Origin: Ginkgo biloba
Lineage: Eukaryota; Plantae; Ginkgophyta
Assembly: GCA_024626585.2 (NCBI GenBank)
Contig: JANKJI020000004.1
Span: 172,179,875 to 172,200,082 of the forward strand
Length of the DNA stretch: 20,208 bases
Direction of reading: 5' to 3'
Below the pieces are notes generated by a model. The model did no database searches and was not told where the DNA came from. It saw nothing but the letters and a program-made list of their open reading frames with translations. The position numbers were made by a program, and so were the translations under genes. Shown here one piece after another: positions 1 through 9,178 of this stretch; within the stretch, counting starts at the first letter, position 1, and every line of letters starts with the position of its first letter.

Positions 1-96
1 TATGTCTAAAATTAGGCTTTTAGATATGCTTACCCCTATCCCTATTTTGTATAGCTTTGGAATAGAGATATGTCTGATATTAGGCTTTTAGATATG
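1..96. repeat. 28-bp direct repeat, period 68 bp
   Basis: TATGTCTAAAATTAGGCTTTTAGATATG (1-28) vs TATGTCTGATATTAGGCTTTTAGATATG (69-96), 26/28 identical. Confidence 0.85.
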
Positions 97-190
97 GGCT
101 TGCCACTTTGGCACCTGCACTGATTATCTCCCATGATGTATTACTTATAGTTATTGACCATTTTTTGGTCAACAACAGACATTAATACTA

Positions 191-208
191 TTTCTTTCTT
201 TCTTTCTT
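191..208 (+). repeat. (TTTC)4 microsatellite
   Basis: TTTCTTTCTTTCTTTCTT read directly. Confidence 0.7.
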
Positions 209-210
209 AC

Positions 211-559
211 TATCTTGGAATTTACTTGACAGTAACAAAAGTCAAAGAGAAGATTGCGAAACCATAAAGGAGCAGAACATAACATAGGATGTGAGTAGTA
301 GAATTAGTCTACCAGCTAAAGAATCACATCTATTCAATAAATGAATGGGTACATAGCATACATAAATACAAGCTCAGGCTAGTAATTTCCTAGCATACGT
401 AGGACACATGTTGTCCATGCGGTGACTCCAAAGGACCATTAAACAATATATTAATTGACCCTTATGACCCTCATAAAAGATTAGGACCCACGACATTAAG
501 TCTTGACCCCATACAAAAAATGTACATTAAGTAACCAAAGTAAATATTTAGTCTTAACA
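211..559 (-). mobile_element. Probable solo LTR (~350 bp)
   Basis: The minus strand starts TGTTAAG (559), contains a TATA-like TGTATTTATGTA (~372-361) and ends CCAAGATA (terminal CA eroded to TA). It is flanked by a near-perfect 5-bp TSD, CTTAC (206-210) / CTTAT (560-564). No adjacent PBS or PPT. Confidence 0.5.
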
Positions 560-819
560 CTTATATGGAAGAAAGATAGCGCTTTGACATTCTAAGAAAA
601 AAGAGATAACTTTATAAAGACTCAAGTAAGCCCTTTGACATAATGTCTATACACCCTTCTTCAACTTGATCTACACTTTGCCTCTTACAGGGAGGTCCCG
701 TGGAGGCGACTTCTTGATTTTTCTCAACAATAGTAATGTATGAGCTTAAAAATTACATATGGTTTCATGAAAGAGTAATTGTAGATGCTACAAAAATAGA
801 GGAGAAATGATGAGAGAAA

Positions 820-3244
820 AAAATGGTAGGAACATAGATGAATAAAACAATAGGTCACAACTATAGTAGGGAATTCGCCAATTGAGTGGATGAAAGGTGG
901 TGAATGGCCTAAGAGAATAAAAATGACCAAAGACATAGAAAGGTCTTTTTCGAATGATAAATGAAGGGAAATGAATGGGATAAATAATAAAAATTACTAA
1001 TGATATAGTAGGGAGTTATCCAAAAATAAAATAAAAGGCACTGAATGGAGTAATGTGTTTGTTAATTGGGTGACATGGACAACAAATGGACCAAAGGAGA
1101 GAGGAGTGACAAACACACTACTAAACATAGTAAGTCATTCACCAAATGAGCTGAGATGGTTAGTGAATGGTGTAAGGGTCATGATGGAAATTAATTTTAG
1201 AATAAATGACTTAATGGAAGGTGGATAGTGTGCATGGGAATCATTACTCTATCTGAGAGGAATTAAAGGATGTATTGAAGATCTTATTGAAGGAACCAAC
1301 CATCAAAACCAAGGTGAGAGAAGTAGATGTGTAATGAACCTACAATGATAATCATAAAGAAAGCACGAGAAAGAGAATAATAGAATGCAAAGATCACAAA
1401 AGAATGCAAGATGATTTTGTTAATTGCCACTTCAAGGGTGGTAACCTCCCAATACATATGATAGTACAACTCACGATAATCTTGTATAACTTTTACATGG
1501 CTTTATATAGGAACTCCATAACCCGACATGCGCCTAACTAATGCATGTGGGATAATACATTATAATAGGAATNNNNNNNNNNNNNNNNNNNNNNNNNNNN
1601 NNNNNNNNNNNNNNNNNNNNNNNNNNNNNNNNNNNNNNNNNNNNNNNNNNNNNNNNNNNNNNNNNNNNNNNNTAAAGTTAGGTGAATGAAAGAGATGAGG
1701 TTGGAAGAAGGGAATGAGTAGGAGCTCATGTGCAATTTTTTAAGAAGGGGAGGATGATGCAGGATCATCCCCATAATTTTATAGAAAGGAGATGATGGAA
1801 ACAAATTTATGAGATGACAACTTCATTTTGGAGTGAACAGGTTGAAGAATGCCAATGAACAACTTAAGGAGGCTTAGCGAGAAAGCATAGAGAATATCAA
1901 CAAAATTGAAAGAGAGGCTTAGTGAACAATCCAAAAGAAAAATAATATAAGAAATAGGTGTCAATATAGTAGGGCATTTGTCGAATGGTATATGATGTTT
2001 GGAGAAAAGACTAAAGAGAAGAAGAAAGAAAAAAAAATTTAGTGACATATTTGGGCATTCATCAAACCCAAGGAAGAGGGCGATGAACAAGAAAAGGACC
2101 AAAAGGAGAAATAAGAGAAGATAATGAGTGAAGGTGTTTGATAAATGGACTAAAGTGAAGATGAAAGGAGAAATAGTTGATAATGAAGAAAGGTATTCAT
2201 TAGACCATTGAATGAGGGTAGTGAATGGTGGGAAGGCAGATAAATAAAAGAATAGTTCATAGGTATAGTAGATAATTCATCAATTGAGTGGATGAAGGGA
2301 AGAGAATGGGTTAAGAGAATAAATATTATTAACAATGTATAAGGGAATTCACTGAATGAAAAATGAAGGGTAAAAAATATACTAAATAATAAAAATGACT
2401 GATGACATAGTAGGGTGTTCATCAAATAATAAATAAAGGGCAATGAACAGAGTAAGGCATTCATTGATTAGGAAAATGTGGGAATCAAATCAACTAAAGG
2501 AGAGAGGAGCAATAAATGCACCAACAAACATAGTGATTCATTCTTTATATGAGTCAAGATAGACAATGAATGGCATAAGGGTCACGACAGATTAAATTTT
2601 GAATCAACAAAAATCAATTCAAAATAGATAACTTAATGGTAGGTGGTAAGTGTTCATAAGGATTATTACTTTGTTTGAGAGAAATTGAAGGGCTAATTCA
2701 AGGCACCACCCATAAAAACCAAGGTGAGAAGGTGGACAAGGTAAGATAGGGAGAGAAAAGCCAATAGAATAGGAGAGGAGAAGAATAGGTATAGGAGAGT
2801 GGATGTGCAAGTTTGAAAGGAGAAGAATAGGTCTGAGAGAGAGGATCATTGGTAGTTTGAGAGATAAATTCAACCATAGAAAAAAAAACGTAGGAAGGGG
2901 CTTGGAGAATAGAGGAGAGGTTGAAGTAATAAAAGAGAGATCTTTTAATATACCTTGAGTGGGGAAGAGGTGGGGAACTAAGCATAGTGGTGTGGATATT
3001 AGGACCATTTCAAGGCAGAAAATAAGAAAATAAAGAACTTGACATATTAATCAAAGGAGGTAGGAGAGGGTAGTAACTGAGTAGAATTGAGAAGAGAGAA
3101 AGTGAAAATGTTGAATGAGGTAGAAAAATGAGAAGTAGTAGGCAGGAAAATTGAGTAGAGAAGGGATGGTTGAAGGTGGAAAGAAGAGGGAGAAGAGGGA
3201 GATGAGAAAGAGGAGTGAGTATAGGTCAAATAAGAAGTAAGAGG
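820..3244 (+). repeat. Diverged purine-rich tandem macro-repeat, probably retrotransposon LTR/internal accessory region
   Basis: ~820-1320 aligns collinearly with ~2225-2730. Anchors: CAATTGAGTGGATGAA 879/2281, TAAGAGAATAAA, TAAATAATAAAAAT, AAAGGAGAGAGGAG, TAAGGGTCA, ACTTAATGG, AAAACCAAGGTGAGA 1305/2715. Weaker anchors (ATGTGCAA 1728/2803, AGGATCAT 1761/2842) extend the unit. TE origin is inference. Confidence 0.75.
1330..1572 (-). mobile_element. 3' part of an LTR inserted into the first repeat unit, truncated by a 100-N gap
   Basis: Minus strand shows TATA box CCTATATAAAG (1511-1501), a pyrimidine-rich U5-like tract and terminal ...GGTTCATTACA at 1330. This end lies just past the point where similarity to the second repeat copy stops. 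Confidence 0.6.
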
Positions 3245-3605
3245 NNNNNNNNNNTAACCCCTCCAATAAGGGAGTTTCTATGCAATTATATACATGAACC
3301 CCAAGTGGGAAATAAATATATTAAAAGAGGAAGAGTTTGAAATCCCTATATTATATAAACCCTTCTAGGTATTTCAGTGAAACCAATCTATTTCAAGTTT
3401 TGAGTTCTTGTCAATCCCTTCGTGTATGTGTTTGAATTTATTATGGTTACTTATTGTGGGTAAAATGAAAAAAATTCCCTTAAGGGGNNNNNNNNNNNNN
3501 NNNNNNNNNATTATATGGGGGAATTTAAAAAAAAATCCAACACATCATAGGAGTGGCTAAAAACTAGTGGTCATTAAGTAGTTCATAGAGGTTAGCTACA
3601 TAATC

Positions 3606-3616
3606 TAGTATCAAAG
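3606..3616 (+). promoter_or_regulatory. Degenerate tRNA-iMet primer-binding-site-like motif
   Basis: TAGTATCAAAG vs canonical TGGTATCAGAG (two G>A transitions), 5 nt after a ...GCTACA possible LTR end at 3600. Confidence 0.35.
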
Positions 3617-3700
3617 AAGTCATTTGGATATAACTAGGTGGTGGGATACATCCCTTAATTTATTGATTTAGCTCATTACTTTAGTACACTCCTCTTTGCA

Positions 3701-4600
3701 TGATAACCCTCACTCATACACATATAGGTATCTCATTTATCATTATTCGTCTCCACTTGGCATATGTAGAATGCCTAATATCTAATAAAAGAGTCATATC
3801 ATGTGTTATAATAGTTGCATGTGTTATAAGGATTGACGATGATAGAATAAATAAAATCCTTAGACACCATGGCCCTATTATAATGATTCGATTGGGGAGT
3901 TATAGATCCACATTCATAGTTGAACCTAGCCAAATTTACACTCTAATAAGATCTAGATTATGGAGAAGGCTCATCTATTGCTCTCCCATTTTATCCACTG
4001 ATAGAAGTAGTACCTATGTATTAATCATTGATGGTTGGTGTTGTTTCAATGGTCATGTTTATCCTATCGATACCGGTCATATTAGCTACAGTTCTACTAC
4101 CATCCCTAGTATATCCCTTGATCCCTACTTTAGTAGGAACTTCCTCTTCATATTTAGTAACACCTGAATCTAGGTCTCTTATCTGATCATTAATATTTTC
4201 TCTATCAACACTAACGTCACCTACTTAAGATAGTCCTTTTTCAGAGGAACCTATAACCTAGAGTGTTAGGATAGTACCAAATATAAATTTCCCTATTATG
4301 CATGATGAAGATCCAAAAATAGAATATGATATATTTGGATTTACTATTTGATAGATCTCAAGATATTTACTAGGGACATCTAGTGCTACTACAAATAGCT
4401 ATGTATCAGCACTCCCTTTATCTGATCTAGTATTTATAGGACATAAGGATCCATATTTAGTATCTCCATATAAAGGATCACTTTATAAATAAGTGTTATT
4501 ATAAACCACATCATCCATAAAGAGAAAATTGTCTACCTGTAGTGCCAGTCTATAAGGCAAAAGTTATGAGTTGATGTGCAACTTGTAGCATGAATTCCCT
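3701..4600 (+). pseudogene. Decayed Pro/Ser/Thr-rich reading frame, probably retroelement gag N-terminus or accessory ORF
   Basis: The frame starting at 3701 reads ...SYHVL**LHVL*GLTMIE*IKSLDTMALL**FDWGVIDPHS*LNLAKFTL**DLDYGEGSSIALP...VGTSSSYLVTPESRS...DSPFSEEPIT*SVRIVPNINFPIMHDEDPKIEYDIFGF... with no obvious frameshift. An 18-nt frame-preserving tandem duplication lies at 3800-3835. No known domain recognised. Confidence 0.4.
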
Positions 4601-4605
4601 TAATA

Positions 4606-4931
4606 GGTCATTTTGAATAGAACCTTCTATTGGAGTTTTGATAGAGGTGGTTAAAAAATTGAGACCTTGCTCTTCTTTAGCAAAGATATATATTCTTATA
4701 TTTTAAATTATAATNNNNNNNNNNNNNNNNNNNNNNNNNNNNNNNNNNNNNNNNNNNNNNNNNNNNNNNNNNNNNNNNNNNNNNNNNNNNNNNNNNNNNN
4801 NNNNNNNNNNNNNNTGATAATTAGAGATCATTTTCAATAGAACCTTCAACTAAGGTTTTGATGGATATATTTAACAAATTAGGGCCCAGTTTCTCTTTAA
4901 TGAATATATATTCTTAAATTTTTCATTATAA
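4606..4931. repeat. Diverged ~108-bp direct repeat straddling a 100-N gap
   Basis: TCATTTTGAATAGAACCTTC..GTTTTGAT..ATATATTCTTA..ATTATAA (4606-4713) vs TCATTTTCAATAGAACCTTC..GTTTTGAT..ATATATTCTTA..ATTATAA (4826-4931). A partial third copy lies near 5055-5090. Confidence 0.75.
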
Positions 4932-5925
4932 GGGGGGATATTTTTTGTGGTAAGAGGAATTTTGAATTATAATAAGAGAAAAGGGTGGAGAGTGTGAGGA
5001 AAAGAGTTTTGGTTCTTGAGTCTTTTATNNNNNNNNNNNNNNNNNNNNNNNNNTATTTAATGAATATAATAGATATTTTCAATAAGTGCTTAGAGCTAAG
5101 TTTTAGGGCCTGAGACAAATACCATGATGACCTACCAATTGTCAGATGTAATTCCATGCCTACGCTTGAAGAATAATTTTAATGAAAATACTACTCTTAT
5201 TCTTATAAATTTTGGTGATCCCTACGAGTTTATTTAAATTGTTTAAGTAATTTATTTTAGTCTCCATTTNNNNNNNNNNNNNNNNNNNNNNTTATTATTT
5301 TTCACATTAATAAGAGAAATTTGAGAAAGCATATTGGATCTTCTCTACAAGTTGGTGTGATTGAAGTTGTGTTGTCAACTATATTAGAAAATTAATTACT
5401 GGTTAATCTATTATTCTCTTATAATTTTTTGTGTGCCATAGACGAGGAGGGTGATAGAATTCAATCCATGGGGTCTTGCCTAGTCAAGGGGCTATGAACA
5501 TGAGGATTCCTATAGGAGATTATATTTAGTAANNNNNNNNNNNNNNNNNNNNNNNNNNNNNNNNNNNNNNNNNNNNNNNNNNNNNNNACCATTTATGGAA
5601 ACTCATTATATTTGGATTCTTACACAGATACCAATTTTGAGAATAGGGTGTCCATATGCATATTTTCTTATTCCAACATGCCTAATTTAATTTGCATGCA
5701 TTCATCAGCTAATGGAAGTGTGCATGGGTGTGTTTCCATTTAGAACCTATGTTACTATATTTGTATAATGGCTTTCTTATAAGAGAATCCATAGACATGT
5801 AGTATCACACTTTTATATCTTTGTGNNNNNNNNNNNNNNNNNNNNNNNNNNNNNNNNNNNNNNNNNNNNNNNNNNNNNNNNNNNNNNNNNNNNNNNNNNN
5901 NNNNNNNNNNNNNNNNNNNNNNNNN

Positions 5926-5962
5926 TAACTCTACATAACCACTTGATATTCCCCTCCTAGTT
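5926..5962 (-). mobile_element. PPT plus start of a 3' LTR from an oppositely oriented LTR element
   Basis: Minus strand AACTAGGAGGGGAA (5962-5949) is followed by TATCAAG (TG eroded to TA) and runs into the 100-N gap. Confidence 0.3.
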
Positions 5963-5967
5963 ATGAT

Positions 5968-6372
5968 GGAACATCAATTTCCTGGTGCAACAAGAAATAA
6001 CCTGCAATTTTGTTATCTTAAGTTGAAGCAGACAAAATAGAAATTTTATTAGCTTTTGAATCAGTTTGGCTCAGGAGAATTCTTGAAGACCTACATTTTA
6101 AGCAAAGTGGTCCAACACCCATCTTCTATGACAGTTAGAATATAATGCATATGACTAAAAATCATATCTTCCATGTAAGGACAAAGCACATTGAGGTGCA
6201 TCTTCACTTCATCCTAGAGTTAGTACAAAAAGGTGACTTAGAGATGGTACATTGTAGCATAGAATAACAAACTACAAATATTTTTACAAAGGCCTTATTC
6301 AACGACAAGTTTCAAAAGTTTAGAGATAAACTTGGTATTAAGAAAAATGAACATTATGGGGGAGAATGTTGA
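5968..6372 (+). mobile_element. Ty1/Copia pol RNase H domain, pseudogenised
   Basis: Translation GTSISWCNKK*PAILLS*VEAD...ESVWLRRILEDLHFKQSGPTPIFYDS*NIMHMTKNHIFHVRTKHIEVHLHFILELVQKGDLEMVHCSIE*QTTNIFTKALFNDKFQKFRDKLGI matches the Copia RNase H motifs ISWxSKKQ, WLRRIL, FHxRTKHIE, HFIRE and ADIFTKAL. Four internal in-frame stops. Confidence 0.95.
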
Positions 6373-6617
6373 TATAATGTCTCATTTTGTTGAAATGTTG
6401 ATTTATGTAACATACATCCTAGGTTATTACATGTAACATGTGGAGTGAGGTGTCATGTATATGGGTGTGCATTGTAAATTGATTGCATATACGTTACTCA
6501 TGTTTAGTCTATATATTTACCTTATTTTTTGAATGAAAATATGAGGGTGCAATTCTTCTCATATCGGTCTCTAGTGTATGGCCTTTATTTCTCTACATAT
6601 CTATTTGTGTCTTCAAA
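6356..6617 (+). mobile_element. Copia polypurine tract and 3' LTR
   Basis: PPT ATGGGGGAGAA (6356-6366) is immediately followed by TGTTGA (6367). TATA-like CTATATATT at ~6509. The right end is approximate (TTCAAA at ~6617 resembles TCAACA). Confidence 0.75.
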
Positions 6618-6619
6618 TG

Positions 6620-6961
6620 TATATTGGTGGCCTAATTTTGAAGATTTCATGAAATTCACAAAAAATGTGGCCAAAAGAGTCATTATTTTTCCACTAAAAG
6701 GTCCTTATTTTTTCTACTAAAAATTGCCCTAAATCATGCCAAACAAAGGTGGAAAAAAGAGTCATTAAAACCTACCCTATGAATTTATCAATTTTGAGAC
6801 AAAAAGGCCACCAAAAAGGTTGTTATAAAAGTCATTATCAAGTCACCGTGAGAGTTGCAAATAGAAAAAATATTTTCCACTTTCGGAGTTAAATTTTTTT
6901 TTTTTAAATTATGACCTTTGTGTTACTAAAAGAGTCAAAATTTAGTTGTTTTGTTATAGTG
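6620..6961. mobile_element. CACTA (En/Spm) DNA transposon terminus with subterminal repeats
   Basis: Ends TTTTGTTATAGTG (6961), reverse complement CACTATAACAAAA, one transition from the typical CACTACAACAAAA TIR. Subterminal repeats AAAAGAGTCATTA (6673, 6755), AAAAGTCATTA (6827), AAAAGAGTCA (6928) and inverted TTATGACCTTTG (6909). Confidence 0.75.
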
Positions 6962-7089
6962 TAGAAGTGCCAAATACCTTTCCTCATCTTATACGCTAAG
7001 AATAAATAAGGAAAAGGCTGAGTTCTGAGATGCTTTTGTTGGCCTCAAGGACAAATCCTAGGGGCTTGCCCCAAAAAATAACAAAAGAA

Positions 7090-7703
7090 TTCTAAAAATG
7101 AATGGTTAGGGATCCAATTTTAGATGCCTTCCATTTGAGTCATAATAAGATTGAATCCATTTAAGAGGATGAGAATGATNNNNNNNNNNNNNNNNNNNNN
7201 NNNNNNNNNNNNNNNNNNNNNNNNNNNNNNNNNNNNNNNNNNNNNNNNNNNNAATATCTACAATAGAAATGATAAGATTATGTTAAGGATTACAATGGAT
7301 GCTTCAAGGATTTTATTACAAAGATTTCATATACCATACTAGAAGAAAAAAAAATTGACTAGTGTGTGCTAGGTTTAACATCCATCATACAAGCCCAAGT
7401 TAAATAAATTAATTCAAGAACATATAGTAAATCACTTGTAAAATAAATCCAAATGGAATCCNNNNNNNNNNNNNNNNNNNNNNNNNNNNTGGATGCCTTA
7501 GAAAAATACAATGAGTTATCCCAAACTATTAAGGAATTGTAGATTTCTATCAAGAAACTGATCTATAAATTGGATTCATAAAAAGATTTGGTTTGGTGTA
7601 AACCATATAGATCTATATATCTAAGAAATGAATGTCCAACACAAGACAAACCTAGTACCTTATGACAAAAACACGATAAAAAAGGAGAAAAATGATGATA
7701 AAT
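7090..7703 (+). mobile_element. Ty3/Gypsy gag fragment, copy 1 (capsid C-terminal part to first zinc knuckle)
   Basis: DYVKDYNGCFKDFITKISYTILEEKKID*CVLGLTSIIQAQVK*INSRTYSKSLVK*IQMES resembles retrotransposon Gag (SVxDYxxRF...WxxxGL...TYxEAxxKA). It continues DALEKYNELSQTIKEL...WCKPYRSIYLRNECP (eroded knuckle, 7597-7635). Left boundary approximate. Confidence 0.75.
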
Positions 7704-7812
7704 NNNNNNNNNNNNNNNNNNNNNNNNNNNNNNNNNNNNNNNNNNNNNNNNNNNNNNNNNNNNNNNNNNNNNNNNNNNNNNNNNNNNNNNNNNNNNNNNN
7801 NNNTCTACACAG

Positions 7813-7910
7813 GTATGGGATCATGTTATCATGTAAACGCATATGGGCTTTAATTTACATGTGTGAATTACTGTAGAATGGACTAGTTGTGGCATGGCCT
7901 TCTTTTGTAG
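7813..7910 (+). other. 98-nt GT-AG intron-like segment
   Basis: Donor CAG|GTATGG at 7813, acceptor CCTTCTTTTGTAG| at 7910, T-rich interior, typical plant intron length. Not homologous to gag copy 1. Confidence 0.4.
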
Positions 7911-8700
7911 AAGCAAAGTGATCCGCAAACATATCGTGAAGCCTTGGTAAAAGCTATTTAAATGGAAGCCGAAGCCGAATGGACGCAGACGAACGCATTG
8001 GAAAAAACCAATGAATTGTCCCAAACTGTTAAGGACTTGCAAGATTCCATTAAGAAACTGAACTGTAAGCCGAACTCAAAAAATGATCTTGCATGTTGAA
8101 CCAAACATCCAAAAAATGAGTGTCCTGCTCAAGACAAACCTAGCACATCAGGTTGGAAACCTGACCAAAGGGAAAATAATGATAATAATTTCTATGATAT
8201 ACACAACACATGACATCACAACAAGAAAAAATCTTGGAATAATCCCCAAAATGACCAAATCAAATGGGTAAATCTAAGAATAATGCAAGATCTAGTTTGA
8301 GAGAATCCCCTCAAGATATCAAAATATAAGATGCTTTCAAGGTTGATGTAGAATTTAAGGTGGGATATATTTTCATCATGAAATGTTTTAAATGTAATGG
8401 ATGGGTTCATACCTAAAAAACATGCCCTTTTTCAATATTGGGCATTGAAATTTATAAAGTATGCAGTAGATGTGACCACGAGACCAAATCATGTCTTATC
8501 TTATTAAAATAGGTTAAGAATGTTAAATTGATGAGGGTTGAGACAAACCCCACTGAAAAATAGGACAAGGAAACTCACCTTGCCACTCAGTCCAATCCAC
8601 AAGGATTCCAAAATAATTATGAGGAAGGAAAAAACTCCTATAAACAACAAGGGAAGGTTAAGTAAAAGGTTGAATGCCCCAACCTAAAACAACAAAAATA
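7911..8700 (+). mobile_element. Ty3/Gypsy gag fragment, copy 2 (nucleocapsid region with CCHC knuckles)
   Basis: KQSDPQTYREALVKAI*MEAEAEWTQTNALEKTNELSQTVKDLQDSIKKL is collinear with copy 1. Later come CFKCNGWVHT*KTC (8384-8425, CX2CX4HX4C) and YKVCSRCDHETKSC (8453-8494, first Cys eroded TGT>TAT). Confidence 0.85.
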
Positions 8701-8719
8701 GCATTATCGCCATGCACGA

Positions 8720-9078
8720 GACTCTCTCTTCAAGTGATCCATTTTTGGATCCAAGACTATTTTTGTTAATTTTTAATAAGAATCCAACTTGCAGTTAAAA
8801 TTGAGAAACATATGTATATTTATAACTAAAATCCCATTTCCTACGAGCTTCAAAATGAACCCAAGAGGATAAAAAATGGAGTTATAGATCAAAATTTATG
8901 CCAAAAGTTATAGCTACCTCAAAAATAAATAATATTGCATATTTTTCCTATAATAAAAAATTAATCTGGATACAAATTCTTCATGTGATATCATATACTT
9001 CTAAAACCACCAGAAATCATCATAAAATGGGGTATTTCCTTAACCTTTAAAGTTTAAAACTTCAAGTTGTTAAAACTT
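8720..9078. mobile_element. Probable non-coding segment of an LTR retrotransposon
   Basis: GAGCTTCAAAATGAACCCAAG...AAATGGAGTTATAGATCAAAATTTATG (~8846-8900) resembles the GAGCTTTCCAACG..AAATCGGAGTTACG..AAAAGTTATG motif I associate with plant Gypsy non-coding regions. Recognition only. Confidence 0.3.
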
Positions 9079-9178
9079 NNNNNNNNNNNNNNNNNNNNNN
9101 NNNNNNNNNNNNNNNNNNNNNNNNNNNNNNNNNNNNNNNNNNNNNNNNNNNNNNNNNNNNNNNNNNNNNNNNNNNNNN

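Noticed and set aside
863-2545. Recurrent motif as a CRISPR array
   Set aside because: The repeats are short, degenerate and irregularly spaced, the spacers are themselves duplicated, the context is eukaryotic TE DNA, and no cas genes are present.
724-3266. Minus-strand ORFs rich in Leu/Phe/Ser that look like membrane proteins
   Set aside because: They are antisense shadows of a purine-rich repeat. Pyrimidine-rich strands lack stops and give hydrophobic low-complexity text.
3515-3542. GGGGGAATTT...AATCCAACA as an LTR right end
   Set aside because: The shape is plausible, but no matching left end, TSD or adjacent PBS was found.
3700-4167. 155-aa + strand ORF as a real CDS
   Set aside because: No recognisable domain. 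The adjacent frame looks more like the ancestral coding frame.
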